In this document: positions 25,659 to 40,592 of the stretch, piece after piece
Position numbering within the stretch: position 1 is the stretch's first letter
Layout of the letters: the number at the start of each line of letters is the position of its first letter
Assembly: GCA_965202585.1 (NCBI GenBank)
Contig: OZ241831.1
Location: forward strand, 57,164,001 to 57,228,000
Reading direction: 5' to 3'
Length of the DNA stretch: 64,000 nt
Source: Thalia democratica
Taxonomy: Eukaryota
Notes under the pieces: model-generated
The model's database searches: none
Told to the model about the DNA's origin: nothing
The model's input: only the letters and a program-made list of their open reading frames with translations
Made by a program: the position numbers and the translations under genes

Positions 25659-28600
25659 GTTGGTTGTTAAAATTTGAAATTAATTTGTACTCCACAAAGA
25701 ATCTAGTAGTTATAAATATTACTTTTAACATATATCCATAAATATTTTACTTGTTTTCTCATTACAGTTTGTGTATAATTATAAACTGTTGTAATAATGC
25801 TGTCTGGTCTAAAAGTTCATTCGAAGTTTTTTGTGCTTCCATGAAAAATAACGTTTTTGATCTTCATCGAAAATCCACAAAATATTCTCACGAAAATCGA
25901 ATTGCGGCAATGAAATGTTCAGAGAAAATAAAACTAAAATATTGTAAATAAATTGAAAAATAACATTATCATCACGCTTATGTAACCAAATAAACTATTG
26001 CGTTTGCAATCATCACACCTATGAAATATTTACTTTGTAACGTTGATCGAGTTTCGTGCATTAATTTTCAATACTTTGCGTTTTTTACATTATGAATATT
26101 TTAAAAAATGTTAATTACATATATTAACAGTTTTAACAGTTTGACTCTTTCACTAAGTTTAAATGTTTGATCTAGTAATATTTGAAATACCAGCGTAGCC
26201 GGTGTAAGCTATTAATAAATATGACTGCATATTGCCACAAACGTCACCTTTGCCGTTCAAATATTGTTTATTGTCTGGCTTACTATGCTTTAACTTGCTT
26301 AAGCTTTGTTGATGTAAAACAAACACAAATGTTCAAATTACTTTACCTGAAAAAATATAAAGAATTGATATAGCTCATGTATTAAAAGCCAAAGTTTTGG
26401 TACAAACGCCTATAAGTAGAAATAGTGTAAATTTACTAACATTTAATTAAGTAAAAACTTGTAAAAGTTTTCTAAAAATTAAATTAACTTACTTTGTATA
26501 AATAACTTAACTTCTAAACTATTCTAACTCTATAAATTTCCTAAGTGTAAAGAAGAATATGTAGTTAGGGTTTTTTTAATACTTAAAAATAAAAAGTTTC
26601 TTGTTCTTGCTATAAAAATAAGATGTCTATTTTGTATAACTAAATACATAACTTTTTAATAGATTTCTAGGTAAAAAAAGGCAGAAGTATTAGCTATAGC
26701 TTTAAATTTGTGGCCTCTACAATGTTTTTAATTAAAAGACAAAATATAGTACCTAATCAAAATGAATAGAAAGTCAACACACATTTAAACACGAGCACAA
26801 TTGTGGTAATGTTGTAACATGATAAATAATTACTACTTGACGTTGACCTTGTCCATTGATAGATTTGAAATATCTGTTTAACATCAGTAATAATTGTCAC
26901 AGCACTCACATGCGTACCTAAAAATAAATTAAAGTATTCTGTAGTACTTGTTTATAAATACAAATTAAAATTAGCTGTTTTTTAATCGGTACAATCATAA
27001 GGAACATCATAAACTTCAATTTGTAGAATGTATCAACAACTTGAGCAAAAAATTACTAAAGTGCTTCTTTAACAAAAAAATTATTAAAATTTTATAAATA
27101 ATCTAAAAAAAAAATTTGTATTTAGTATTGTGAATACTATAATTTATAATAAAAACGCACGAGTATACACGTTAATCAATTGTTTATATTTATACAATTT
27201 TCACACTTACCGAGTATTTATGAAACACAAATTCCTGTAATATGCTGCTGATTTCGATAAAAAAACGTCTTTTATAGCGTTGGCGTTGAAGTTATTTTAA
27301 ATAAAATTTTGTATAAAATTTGCACTTTTATTTAGTCACGTTCAACATTACAAAAGGTCAAGAAAAATTTTATTAAAAAAATAATTTTTAAACAGTAAAT
27401 CTTTCAACTTTTTAAAGTTCACTGTTTTTACTCGGTTTTATAATCTGCCAGCTCTGCGGTTTATTTGCGATATTAAAAAAGTCCACTTTTAATAAAATTT
27501 GAAATGTTAAATTTTTAATACAAGTTTTTCAGCGTTAAGTTTTTATAATAGCAAAGTGTACATGTTGAAACTCGTAATTAATCTTTCGAACAAGTTTCAA
27601 CTTCTAATTAGTCTACTGTGTATTCTGTCTGCACTCTAATACCTACTTGGATCAGCTTCTTATGATTAGATGGTTGAAATATTTAAATATTAGCTGATTA
27701 GTTTAGTCCTCTTCCATTTGTTTTAGCTTTTAGAGCTACTGTTTTAATATTCAAGACAACTATTGTCCTTTAAATGCTTTAGTTTTTAAAGTCATGCAAA
27801 TTTAAATTAATTAGTTATCACAAATACTAAATACAAATCACACAAATAAATTTAAATGGTAGAATTTTGTGTTAACATTAAAGTGTCAGTTTCTAAGAAA
27901 GTAACATTGTTTCAAGTTGAAAATATGTAAAAAAAAGTTCAAAAGTTCTCTACATTATTTAGTAGTTAGAACTTAAAGTGATTAATTTGATTCCATATTT
28001 TTATTTTCTTTTAGTTGTGAAATTATTTAGCTTTTCAAAAAACACGATTATTTAGCTTTTCAGTATACAGTGTAACATATATTTTTATAGAAATTTGTGA
28101 TGTTTTGTACATCTTATGTACACCTTATGTACAACAGAAGTTTGCTGAAAATTAAGCATGTTTCTATGTTGTTTCTCATAAAATTACTCATGTAAGATTC
28201 TAGCAACTATAGATTATAATTTTTAAAAGGAGTAATTAATTTCCACTTTTTAGATGACATTTTTTCTATTAGTGCATATCGACTAAATCAAGTTGAATTT
28301 AATTTATAAGCTCATTAAAAGCAATTCAACACAAGACAATTAAAAAAAATATTCAGAGAGACAACTTTTTGTTTTAAATTAAATTTATTAAGTATATATT
28401 GACGCACCAAAAATTTATTGTTATAAATTTAAACTAATTTGAAGGATTTAAGTATGAATTAATTCTGAACAATCAAAATACTTATTCTTCGGCTGTTATA
28501 TTACACAACTATTCAAAATTAATAGAGATTTTAACAACTTATGCTTTTCCAATTTTAATAACAATACCACAAAACATATTTTTTGAGTATGAAAACAGTT

Positions 28601-30224
28601 ACATAATATATACTTAGTTTTAAAACAAAAAAAAAAGTAGTTTAAGTTCTCAACGAACAATTTCAATGTTTTTGTGTTTGTTTTGAAAATAATCGAATGG
28701 AAAACCACGTTATTTCGGAAAATCCAAAATTAAAAAAGTTTAAATATAGACGCGCAAAAACAACTGCTAATAGGTGATTTTGACCTAGTTTTTCTCTATA
28801 CGCTGTATTTAAAAAGTGAAAATTTTGTCTAAATTTTTTATTAAGTTCTATTCACAACGTAAGGCGACCATATAGAGAAAGTTGTGCAATTATATAAAAA
28901 CATGTTTCTAATAAAAGTATTTGACTTGGACAATTTAAGTTTAAAATTTAGTTTATTGTCTTATTAAATGAAGTTTTAACTTTAAAATTGGGAATAACTC
29001 GGTTGTGTAGCTAAACTCCTGGAATTTTTTTATGCAACAGTTGTTTTTTTAAATCAAAGAAAATTTACGGTTTTTTTGTTTAATGTGCTAAATTACATAT
29101 TGTAAAAAAAATGTTACAGGAAACATTTCAAAAATACCAAGTTGCGTAGTGTTATCTTATTATATAAAATTTTACAACTTTTGTATTTTTGTAGTATTAG
29201 TTTTAAGATAATTCGGAATTTTTAAAGTAAATTGAAACGTAAAAACACCGATATCAAGTTACTTTTTGATTAAACTATTTTTGTTAGTATTCTTGTTTTT
29301 TTATTAATAAATAAAAGTAGCATTTACTTGATATTTAAAATACTTTATAGTTATATAATATTAATTTATTTAGTTAATTTTTATTATCTTGTCAACTTTA
29401 TGCAGTTGTTACAAAACGTGTTTTAACAGTTTTTCATGCAATAGTTTAATAAAGGTTGTTGCATAATGACACATATGATAAAATAAAATGATAAATTATC
29501 GGTTAATTTAATTTATTAAAATAAAAATCGATTTTTACAACACAACCCTATTGAGAAGCAGTCAATCTTATTAACATCTAAATATTTTGTTTGAAGTAAT
29601 CTAAAGTATTATAACGTAAGATGACTATAAACTGACGTAATTACGTATGACGTAATTACTAACATCATTGTTGGCAGATCATCCTAATTTATTAAATTAA
29701 AATAAATATAAACTGAAAATAACTGAATAATAAAACATTTTGATTAATAATTAAAATAATAAATAAAAATTATGACGTCACAGCCATCAGAATAAGACGG
29801 TGGGGTCTTATATAATGATAAACAATTAAACTAAAATTAAAAAACAACTAATTAATACAGTAGCTAGAAAAATTAAAAATAACTTAAAACAAATTGTAAT
29901 AAACAATTCAAATAAACATAGCGTTTCATACATTATGACATCACAGTCAATATTTTACGTCATACAGCTGACGCAATTCATAGTAACAGTTGAACCAATT
30001 AGATATAAAAATAAATAATTATTAATACATAACAACAGCCATCAGAGAGTGAGCATTGGATAAACATTTAAATAATTATGTTATAACAAATAACATAACT
30101 AACATATAACGACATTTGTCAGAGATTGAGCATTGGATAAATAGTTATGTGATAACAAATAACATAATAATAATATAACAACATAATAATATATATCTTA
30201 AAAACAACAATAATATAACAACAG

Positions 30225-30359
30225 CCGTCGGAGATGGAGGGCGGCCAACCGACGCAGGTGGGCAACAAGACGGAGTGCGCGTTGCTGGGTTTCGTGCACA
30301 CCATTGGTCGAGATTACGATGACGTCAGGCGGGAAATAAGCGAGGAGAGCTTGTACAAG
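30225..30359 (+). CDS. ATP2B: PMCA exon 10 ([24 protein letters not shown]...EESLYK; N domain)
   Basis: caacag / AAG|gtttga, 135 nt. Confidence 0.94.
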
Positions 30360-32697
30360 GTTTGATTGGTTGATGAGTGTTTTAGCGTAAAATTTGTTTA
30401 TTTATATAAGATAATTGTTTGTTTTGAGTTCTTAAGCTTATTAGTGTTTTTTTGAATTTTAAACAATCTTTAAAAATAAGTTTTATGAATTCAAAATTTT
30501 TAAGTTTTGTGTTGTGGTAGACACATTTTTCTTATTTAATATTGTCTTAAAATTCAACCGCACGAATTTAGAATGTACGTTTAGGTCTGTATGTAATATT
30601 AGCATGTAATTAAAATTAATTGATAACTTACAAATAGTATTGTGTTTAATCTACCCATTACTGGTTAAAATTTTGCCCATATAGATCACATTGAGTTAAA
30701 AGCACAATGCTGTGTTGGTTAATGAAAACTCGCGAGAGTTCCACCCTGCTTTGACATTGGCAAGGAGTTAATTGAAAGTATGACGAATAGCCTTGTATTT
30801 TTCGCATACGAGTTCATTAAGCTCATTGTAATTCTCCAAGAAAAACTCTTGTTTTTAAGCAAAAACTGCCACACGAAATTATTTAAAAATTTCCATAATA
30901 TGCATACACATTAACTACTGCATACGAAAAGAACTGAAAAGTGACTTTTGTGTTTCAAGTAAAACTCCTTGTGTTTGCAGCCTAAAAATAACACCAATGC
31001 TTTTGTTGATCTTTCAAGTTTAAATTGAGTTTACCAGCAATTGGTCAAGTTGATTTACTTGCTTTTAACCAGGTTTGTTTGGTTAAGCTGGTAGTCGTGA
31101 AATTGCAAATAGAGTCATTTTGATATAAACTACTAATGAATTTGTTAATATTTTAATGATACTTAAAGTTGCAAGACAGATTGATGTGGTTATCAAACAA
31201 AATACATAATAGTTATAGTAATAAACTACACAAAAATCAGTAAAATTTTCTGTTTTCATCACATAGAAGTTCCGATAAGAACAGCTTTAAAACTATTCTA
31301 AGAAAAACTTTTAAAGTCAATCTAACACCAAAAGTCTGCGAATTCACCAAACTTCACTGGTTGACACTAATTACCATTTAACTAATGTGTTTGAGTAACT
31401 CGAGTACATGTAAATGAATAAAAAGAAAATTTCTTACAACATTCCTTGCAACACATTGAAGTTAATTAACTTGCACTGAGTGACACCTGAACACAGAGTG
31501 CGTGTCTTGTAATATCGATCCATGCCTTTCAGGGGAATTGTACTTGACCACCCCTAGATGATGTTGCAGTGTCACAACGCCAACATGTGTGACGTCATAA
31601 TAAGTTGTCACGTTGCCAACTTTCTTGCGCATCAAACTTTTCATTAAATTTGTTTTTTAACTTTGCTTAAAAGTAAATTAAAAGGTTTTTGAGGTCTTTG
31701 TAAAATGCAGTTTTAATTTTTCAAAAAAAAAACTATTATATAACAGAAATAACTTGAGATATATTAAAATTTATTACGTTCATCTTACTTCTGGTAGCTC
31801 AGAAGTTTAGTTTTTCCAAGTTTATTAATTTCACCGTAACAAGTTAACATCACAAAAATCAAGTTTATTTAAGGTCATAAAAGTTGTAAACAGTTGTTAA
31901 AAATTCTTAAATTAATTTGTGCAATATTAAAATAACAAACCAAGTTAAATTCTAATTCCTAAAGGAATAATAAAAAACAGTCAAATTAATTAAACTTCCT
32001 TTTTAATTTTTCGATTTTGTATGTACTTGTTTTTTTTGTTAAAATGATTTTAAAAAACAACTTTTAAAGTTGATTAAAGATGAATATAGGTAATAGAAAT
32101 GTTTATCGTTTTGTTTTTTGTTTCCTCTAAAAAACCTCTAAACTTTCAAATCTGCAACTTCTACACATCAAATGAACTTATTTAACATTAAAATTTAACA
32201 ACATCTGTTGAAAGAGTTCATTGATAGCTTAACAATAAATTTAATAATAAATATACGTTTTGTTTTTATCCCTTCAGATTATACAGAAATTTTTATGATG
32301 ATTATTTCGGATGTGTATTAAATGTATTTTAATGTCATTAGTACAGTTGTCTTCTAATATCTTTTAGATTAAAAAAAAGTATAAGCAATAAACATTGTGC
32401 TTATATTGTTCAGGTTTTTAATGTATAGTTATATAACCTTTTTTTTGCGTCTTAAGTTTATTTATTAATTTATAATTAAAGTTATTTTTTTTAAAGTTTA
32501 TTTTTTAATCTAAAAACATAAGTTTAATAAAACATTTCAGGTATACGTATTTATTTATACATATGTTTGATTATTTTTGTTTAAACTAGATTCTTCAATA
32601 TTTTTTTTTACTAGTTTGTACCATAACGTATTTTTTTTTATCTTTTAAGAAACTGTTTTAAATAATGTTTTCAATAATGTGTTTATACATGTTTCAG

Positions 32698-32804
32698 GTG
32701 TACACGTTCAATTCAGTTCGCAAGTCAATGAGCACAGTACTGGAAAATCCCGACGGTAGTTTCAGGTTGTACACTAAAGGAGCCTCGGAAATCGTACTCA
32801 AAAA
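32698..32804 (+). CDS. ATP2B: PMCA exon 11 ([14 protein letters not shown]...[12 protein letters not shown]; KGASE)
   Basis: tttcag / AA|gttcgt, 107 nt, phase 0-2. Confidence 0.95.
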
Positions 32805-35800
32805 GTTCGTTCGTTGATGTAATCTTCTACTTACTAATATGTTATATGTTGTTTTATAACTGTCTGAAACGTATAGTTTAATATTTAAATCACTAAAATG
32901 TAAATTACCATCACATTCAAGGTGCCATTTGAAAAATATTATAAAACAATGACAAAAATAATGCAACAAAATCTACTTATTTGCATATAGAAAAAAACAC
33001 CGTTTAAAAATAATGAGATTCAAAGGTTATGTGCATCTAATCTCAAATAAAAAAAAACAATACACAAAATAAAACAAAATTTGCACAAATTTGTCTGCTA
33101 ATACTTGTAGTAAATAAATTTGTGCCACTAATTGTATGAGCTTAAACTTTCGTCAACAATTGCGATTTGTTATTTGATTTCTCTGCGGTCTGATAACATA
33201 TGTTGCACGTTCCGATGCAAATCTGGTTTATTCGCTTTACATTGATTCGGTTTGAATCGGTATTTTTTGTTTCAGTGCTTTATTTAGAGCTGGATTCGGA
33301 TTTTTTTACACCAAAATTTTTGATTCTGGTTTGGAAAAACATTGTTTGCCAAAAAATTTCTATTGAGTTTTTTTATGAGTCATTATGTTTTTTATTTTGA
33401 ATAAATAAAAACATATTTAGTGTTATGTTTAAAGTTTACATTGTAATTGTACTTAAAATTATAACTTTAATTATTAGATATAAATTAGATATTATGATAC
33501 TTCATTAAACATATAGTACCTAAAAAATACAAGCGTTTTGTACAAATAATTTAGAAAACTTGTTTTAGTAAGCTTAATAAAGAAAATACTAAGAAGTTTC
33601 CAACTCAATTACTTACATAAAGCAGACTAACTCCAACCCAATAAGTGCATAAAAGCTTTTTATTCAGAGACTACGCGTGTAAAACCTTGAAAAACTTTTA
33701 AACTTAACTTAATCTCAAGGGAGCCTGAATGATTCGATTTACAAATTTGAACTCTGAGACGTCGCTCAAATCAAATAACTTTCACACATGGGACTTGACC
33801 ACATCATAAAATGCAGTATAATTTCATTGTACCTTGTTGAAAGGTGCCTCTTTTGTTGGCACTTATCAACATTTTTGTTGTTGAAACATGCGCTTGTTGT
33901 CACGATGGACATTTGAACTCGTGTTAAGGTCGTTTGAACTGACAATTTTTTTATTGATTTTTGAATTGCAGCTATGTACTTTGATTAACTTAAGCATACG
34001 TGGCGTGGATGTTACACTTATACAAGGTGTTTTTACGTGTGTCAATAGAGTATAAACTGACAACGTATTATTTGACATATTAATATTTATCACCAAAATG
34101 TTAGGTGCTAGAGTTAAGATCGTCATGTTAACTCCTAAAGTTTTCACCCGAAATCTACGAAGTATTTAAATTTTTTTCTTTGAAAGATGCTCAAATAAGT
34201 AAATGATAAAATTTAGTTCATTCTGATCCCAATACATTTGATTTGATTTTTTAATAAAAGACTCATGGGTTCATTTTGTAAAATTTATAAAGTGTGCCAT
34301 TCTACAATTAGTTTTAGGGTAGAAACAAAACTTTATAAAAATATAAAAAGTATAAAAAAATAGCTAAAATATGTATACTATTTCAAAGGTTACCAAAAAA
34401 AAAGTAGACATATTTGTTCAGTTTATTGCTATTTGAAATTAAATTGAGATTAACCTTTCACGTAATATAAGTTTCTGCTTTGAAGTTATCAATAGCTTTT
34501 ATTAATAATCTTCAGCATATCAAGCTCTAATAAGCATGAATGTTATAAAGTATTTTAAACAGTGTATATTATTAAACGTATTAAGTTCAAATAATTAATG
34601 TGTGTCCAACTGTTATTACTTATTTATGATTTAAAGTAGTTATGAAGTAAATTAAAAAAGAAAAAAACTTATTATTGCAGTTATTTCAAAAACTTTAGAT
34701 TAAACGTCTGGTTTTTATTTAAAACATAAAAGTCAAGCTTTTGAGCTAACCCTCATGAAATTAACAAGACACTTCATTATAAACAAATAAAAAACTTTTT
34801 GTAATTAATCAATTTTATTGCCTACTTGCCTAGCAAACACTGAAAACTTTTTGACCTCTTTTTTCCCAATTCTCTTATCAGCAGTGCTGAAAATCAATAT
34901 ATGAAAATTGTGCAAAAAAGTTGGAACATTTTTAGAAAATTTCACACAACTCTGAACGCATTGTTTGACTTTTCTTTTGTTTATAAAATAATGCGTTTTA
35001 ATATTCGATAAAAAAAAATGGATGTTTTATAATTTATTTTGTAACTTTACCTTTGTGAAACGGTGAACTTTTGTGAGTTTATTGGATTTTTATTTTCTTA
35101 TCAATATTATTTTTCCTGTAAATTCATTTTGCAAGAGTCTTTTGTTCATCTGCGGTTTATAATTATTTTCTTCAGTCTAACTTGAAAGTCTTCCAAAATT
35201 TAGGAAAGGTAAATGCATTTCAATGATAAAAAGAATAACTTTTAATAAAGTGACATTTTTTAGATATTTTCCATTTTAAACAAGTTAGAAGTCGTGAAAT
35301 AAGATGCCAATTTTTCTTCTGCTTTTTATGGATTGATCAAAATCTCATAATAAAACAATAAATAGTTTAAAAATCTGTAACTATATTAATAAACAATAAA
35401 TCAATGGCTTTATTTTTCAAATAAAGACACTAATTTGCCGTATATGTATGGTAAAATTGAGTTATAGTTTTGTAGTTTTTGTGTATGTAGGTACACTTGG
35501 TTTACGTTAATAGTTTACTACAAAAATTAAAAAAAGTCTTAATTTAATAGAATTTTGATTAAAAACCTTTTAATCTTACTTTTAGGTATTACAAATCTAA
35601 CAGTTTTTAGTTTATTATAAATTTATAATTTTTATTAACTTTGTAACAAGATCTAGCTATGAAATATTAATTACATTTAAAAGCTTGGTAAAATCTATAA
35701 TTGTTTAATTTTCTACTTTGGAGCTTAAACTTTTTTAATTGCTTAATTTAGTTGTCAAAACCACTCATCCACAAACTTTACAATATTTAATTACTAAAAC

Positions 35801-36541
35801 TTTACACGTAATTACAGAAATTAAACTCTTGAAATTGTTATGCCAAAAATACTTTCATAAATTTTCTGTGTATTCAGTCTAATTTTTTCCTAATTTTTTT
35901 TTTAATGTTCAACCTGATTGTTAACATTATGTTTATAAACTCAAATATGCTTTTTTTTTATTATTTTACCTTTTATACAATAAACTGAATTATAGTTGTT
36001 GCAAAGTTATGCCAAAAATTATATAAAACAAAATTGCGGTTTATTCAGCTTTTTTTTCTTTAAACCTTTTTTATGTTATATTATAAAGAACCTACTTATC
36101 AACATTATTTATACCTATACTATTGACAACTATTTTTAATAAAATAAGATGTCTCCACTATTATTTTACGTTTATTTTTAAACTGATTTACAGCAAACAT
36201 TTGTTGCATACACCTAACGGGTGTGGTGTTGAAAATGTTTAAAAAATTTTTGTTATCACTTTTGTTACAACTTCCATTGTTGGAATTATATGCATTTGAA
36301 TGGTTTTACGAGTTTGTTTGATCATCTTGTTTGAATGTTAAATATGTTTTGCAACATAAACTTTGAACATAATTTTATTCTAAAAAAAAATAAATGTGTT
36401 TTTCTTGATTTAAATGTTAGTTTAAAACGATTTCTGGATTAAAACGTTTTAAAGTTTAAATACTGTTTAATTTTATACTTTAATAATAAAATGTAAACTT
36501 TTTATTTTGTTATGATGTGCATTTATATATTGAAACTATGT

Positions 36542-36922
36542 TAAATTTAAGTCAAACTTTAGTGTAAAGTAACATGTGTAATTATTACTACAAGCATGAT
36601 TCATAACTGAACATAATTTTGTTAAATTTTTTAAAGTATGTTTAAGTGTGTTTCATAATTTAAATGTTAGTAGGTTTCAAAAATGTTATAAGTTTTAAAA
36701 ACGTTTCAATTTTAATTATTTTTTTATTTTCAAAAAAAAAAACCTAAATTTTGAATAATTTTTTTAAAATTTAAAATATTTTCAAAGCTTTTCAATCAAA
36801 AAATCACCAGCATTTGTTGTTAATTTAGATATGAATCTAAATATTAGAACAATATTAAATTTAAATCAAACTTTAGTGTGGAGTAGTATGTGTAATTAAT
36901 ACTACAAGTGTAATTCATAACT
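36542..36922 (+). repeat. Dispersed direct repeat, about 67 bp (36542-36609 and 36856-36922)
   Basis: taaatttaa.tcaaactttagtgt...tgtgtaatta.tactacaag...attcataactg in both copies. Confidence 0.8.
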
Positions 36923-36973
36923 GCTTGTATATATGCTTGATTTCAGTTTTTTGTACAGTATATTTATTTAAAC

Positions 36974-37236
36974 CAGGTTTCCCCAAACTTTTTTTCAAAT
37001 GGCCCCCTTTAAAAAAATTAGAAAAGCTTTGACCCCCTCCAACATAAGTATTTAATAAACTACCTTTAAAAACACCTAAGACCTTTTTTGCTCTTTATCA
37101 TTAACTCTAGAATATCTAGTGTTTGTTTCAAATTATGACCTCATGCCCCCCCCCTTTAGCCCCTTGGCGGCTCATGACCTTTTGAATATCTGTTATGGTC
37201 CCAAGGGGGCCGCTTGACCAACTTTGTGAAACCCTG
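36974..37236. mobile_element. hAT-like MITE (CAGGTTTCCCCAAACT...AACTTTGTGAAACCCTG) with 8-bp TSD
   Basis: Imperfect TIR; flanks ATTTAAAC (36966-36973) and TTTTAAAC (37237-37244), 7/8 identical; GC-rich interior. Confidence 0.7.
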
Positions 37237-37979
37237 TTTTAAACCATATTTACTTGCTAATTTAAGATGCAACATTTTTTAAAATAAAATGTTGATATCA
37301 TACAAATGTTTTAAAAACTTTTTTTTATCATATTAAAAATACCGAAATAGTTCAGAACTATGTTAACTTCTACTTCTCTGAGTTAAAAAACCTCTTACTG
37401 CCATAACAAATTGAATTAAAAAAAAAAACTAAATATTTTAGTGAATTTAAATTGATAGTATTGTAAAAAATAACAAAATTATTTTTTTGTAATTCATAAA
37501 CATATTAATACTACATATTAATAATAAACTTATATCTCACTCTCAATTTTTCATTTTACACATTTAATTGTTACAGCTTTGTGAGTACTATCAACAAACT
37601 GAATGCTAATTAAAATAATGTTCTACTCATTTTTTTCACTTCTATTAAACAATATAGTTTTAAATTGTTATATTTACTTTTTATGTTTTTGCTAATAAAT
37701 GTGTTTAACTGAATTCAGTTCGTTTCTTATTTCATTTCAAACAAGGGAAACTTGTTATGATTAGAATGAAACTTGATTCCTCCACTAATTTATTTTTTAT
37801 CCAAACTTAACTTTTTAATTTTTTTCAAATAACTTATCATAATATTTTACACTTCTCAAATCAAACCGGTGCAAAAGCGCCCTAAATAACATTATCTAAA
37901 CCAGTTATTCTTAACTTTTTTTTTCATATTTTACCTTTTTTTAAAGGGTTATTACCAAATTTACCCACTACTTACTCAA

Positions 37980-38830
37980 ACCCTGTCTGAGAAATCTTTA
38001 TCCATTCTAACCTTTTGAAACTGAAAACTCATATAACTAACTATCATCTAAACATTACGTTGTTAATATCAATAACACAAGTCAAATCAAACAGGTGCAC
38101 GTCTATCGTAGACGAGGAATTTAATATTTTTCATTTTTTTCTACCAAATTAAAAACTCAGTAACGCCCAAAAAATTATTTTTCAACAGCATGCTAGTCCA
38201 AAAAAGTTTTAAATAATATGTACAATTTATTTTAGTTTTTTTTATTCTAAACAACTTTCAAACAGGTGCACGTCAATCGTGGGAAGTAGTATTATGATTT
38301 TAAAAGAAATTTTTACAGATGCATATAAGTTTTTTATGCATCATCATCTCCACAACACTACTTATTAAAACCCTGTTTGAGAAGACTTTATGTGCTCTGA
38401 CTTTTTGAAACCATAAACTCACATAAAAACCACTCAAACTCAAACAGGTGCACGTCTATCATTGGAGAGGACGGTTTATTTAAATGCATTTGAACAATAG
38501 TTTGATTCAAATAGAGGTCAAAATCTAAAGTGAAATAGTATTACTGTATACCTTCACCAGTGCTTATAGATTAAGTTATTATAGATGAAACTGAAAACTC
38601 ATATAAAAAGAATATAAATATCTTATGAAATAATAATTTTTCTGTTTGAGTATATCATTCAAAACAGGTGCACGTCGATCATAGAATCAAACAGATACTA
38701 CTGATATGAACACTACTGATTGAGACTACTCAATCAAACAGATGCACAGCACATCTATAAATATCTTGTGAAATAAAAATAATTTAATGTGAAATATCAA
38801 AACAGATGCACGTCCATCATAGGCGAGGAC
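37980..38830 (+). repeat. Array of degenerate tandem units, each carrying a copy of the exon 12 acceptor and exon start
   Basis: aacag|(G/A)TGCAC at 38095, 38266, 38448, 38668, 38742 and live 38806; shared intronic ttttgaaac...aaactca.ata. Confidence 0.88.
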
Positions 38831-39040
38831 GGGGAGCCGAAGCAGTTCACGGCGTACGACCGGCAGGACGTGGTCAACTCGGTCATCCAGCCGATGGCGG
38901 GAAACGGGTTGAGAACGATCGCGCTGGCGTACAAGGACATCGGGAAGGACGAGGTAAGTGACTGGGACGCGGAGAACGAGATCATCAGGGACCTGACGTG
39001 CATCGGCATCACGGGCATCGAGGATCCCGTCAGGGATGAG
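38806..39040 (+). CDS. ATP2B: PMCA exon 12 (KCTSIIGEDG...GLRTIALAY...GIEDPVRDE)
   Basis: caaaacag / GAG|gtgagg, 235 nt, phase 2-0. Confidence 0.94.
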
Positions 39041-40592
39041 GTGAGGATTGTTTTGTGTAGTGAGAAATGAAAAATGTAGTGAGAAATGAAATAATATATA
39101 TATTAAAATATTTTTAGATAATATTTGAAAACTTATAGAGTATTCTTCACGTATTTTTAAAAGTTATTGGGTTGGAATAGTTTTTAGATTTGTCTTTATG
39201 TATTTAAAGTTTGAATAATTTTTCACTCATATCGAGGATCCCGTCAGAGATGCGGTATATTTTGTAATTTATAATTTGAATATAAGTTTTTATATGAATG
39301 TAAGTTGTTTATATGTAAGCGTAAGTCTGTTTTTCGTTTTAAATTTTATCATATATTTTATAAGCTTTTTAATGGTTTGTGTAGGTTGTTGAAAATTAAT
39401 TATTCTTTACTTGGTGTCGAGGATCCCAAAAGATTAGGTTAGATTTTTTTTGTGCAAATTAATATGATTAACTGAGCAAACTTGTGTTTAAAACTAATAA
39501 ATTGTGGATATATTTCTTTTAAATGTGTTTTAAAAAATGAGTAGTTTTAACTTTTTAAGTTTTTGTCAACTGTTCGATTTTGTGAATTATTTGTAATTGT
39601 TAAATATCAGTATCTAATAATAAATAGATTGTGCGTCTATTTATTTTCATAGTTGTTTAAAAAATGAATGGTTTAAAATTTTTAAGTTTTTGTCATGTGT
39701 AGCAGTAATTTTCTGTTAATAGAATTTTTAAACAAAATATTTAACTAAAATGCAACTTTTATTAAATTTCGTATTATATGATTTCAACTGCTGTCTATAA
39801 GCACTTGTAGAATTGTTTTGCAAATAGTATTAATTGCCATAAACCACAAGTTATAGCTGTGAAGTTTTACCTTTGCCAAAGTTTTTAATTTGTGCTTGAG
39901 CTTGAGTTAATTGTTTGTTAAATAACATGAAAAATGTTGTAATGTTTGACTTTAATTCTTATTTTACAATCTGTACACTTCTTAAAAATATTATTAGAAA
40001 CAAAAATAAAGTTTAGAAAGTTTTTCAAAATGTTAAATTTATGTGAGCACCAAAATTAAAACATCGGCAGTTTTAAGCAAAAAAAAAAAAGAGTTGTTTC
40101 TCAGTTTAAATCAATAGTTTGCTTGAAACTGTAGTTTTGTTCATTCAAAGTGTCGACACATCTAAAAATAAGATTAATCACTCGTAATATTTTGTTTTGT
40201 ACGTTTTAATGTTCCATTTCCGTTGACGTTCGACCAACATCAAATACGTATTATATCTATATATATATATATGCATATTATTACATTAAGTTTTGTTTTG
40301 CTTTGTATTTTCAATCTAAACGGTTCTATAAAGGCTTAAATATAACGCTTTTGAGGTGAATTGTGTAAAAACCAAGTGTTCTTAAATACCTAGTCTATAA
40401 TTCAGCTTCTAATTTTCTTTGAATTCCAGATGTCTGAAACTATATTACTGCATAAAATATTACCCTTAACATCATCTTTAAGTTAATGGTTTAGCATATT
40501 GAAACTTAAATCTGCTAGTCCTTAAATTACAGTTTACAATACATACCAATTGTTAACATTTTGTCATCTATTATTTAGCATTTAAATACAAT

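Noticed and set aside
33700-34150. GC-richer stretch with a 93-aa minus ORF, possible transposase remnant
   Set aside because: No recognisable catalytic motif or termini; a translated search against TE proteins would be needed.
38090-38760. Echoes as mutually exclusive alternative exons (Dscam-like cluster)
   Set aside because: Copies cover only 10-35 nt of exon, then run into stops or AT-rich sequence without phase-compatible donors; not fully excluded without RNA data.
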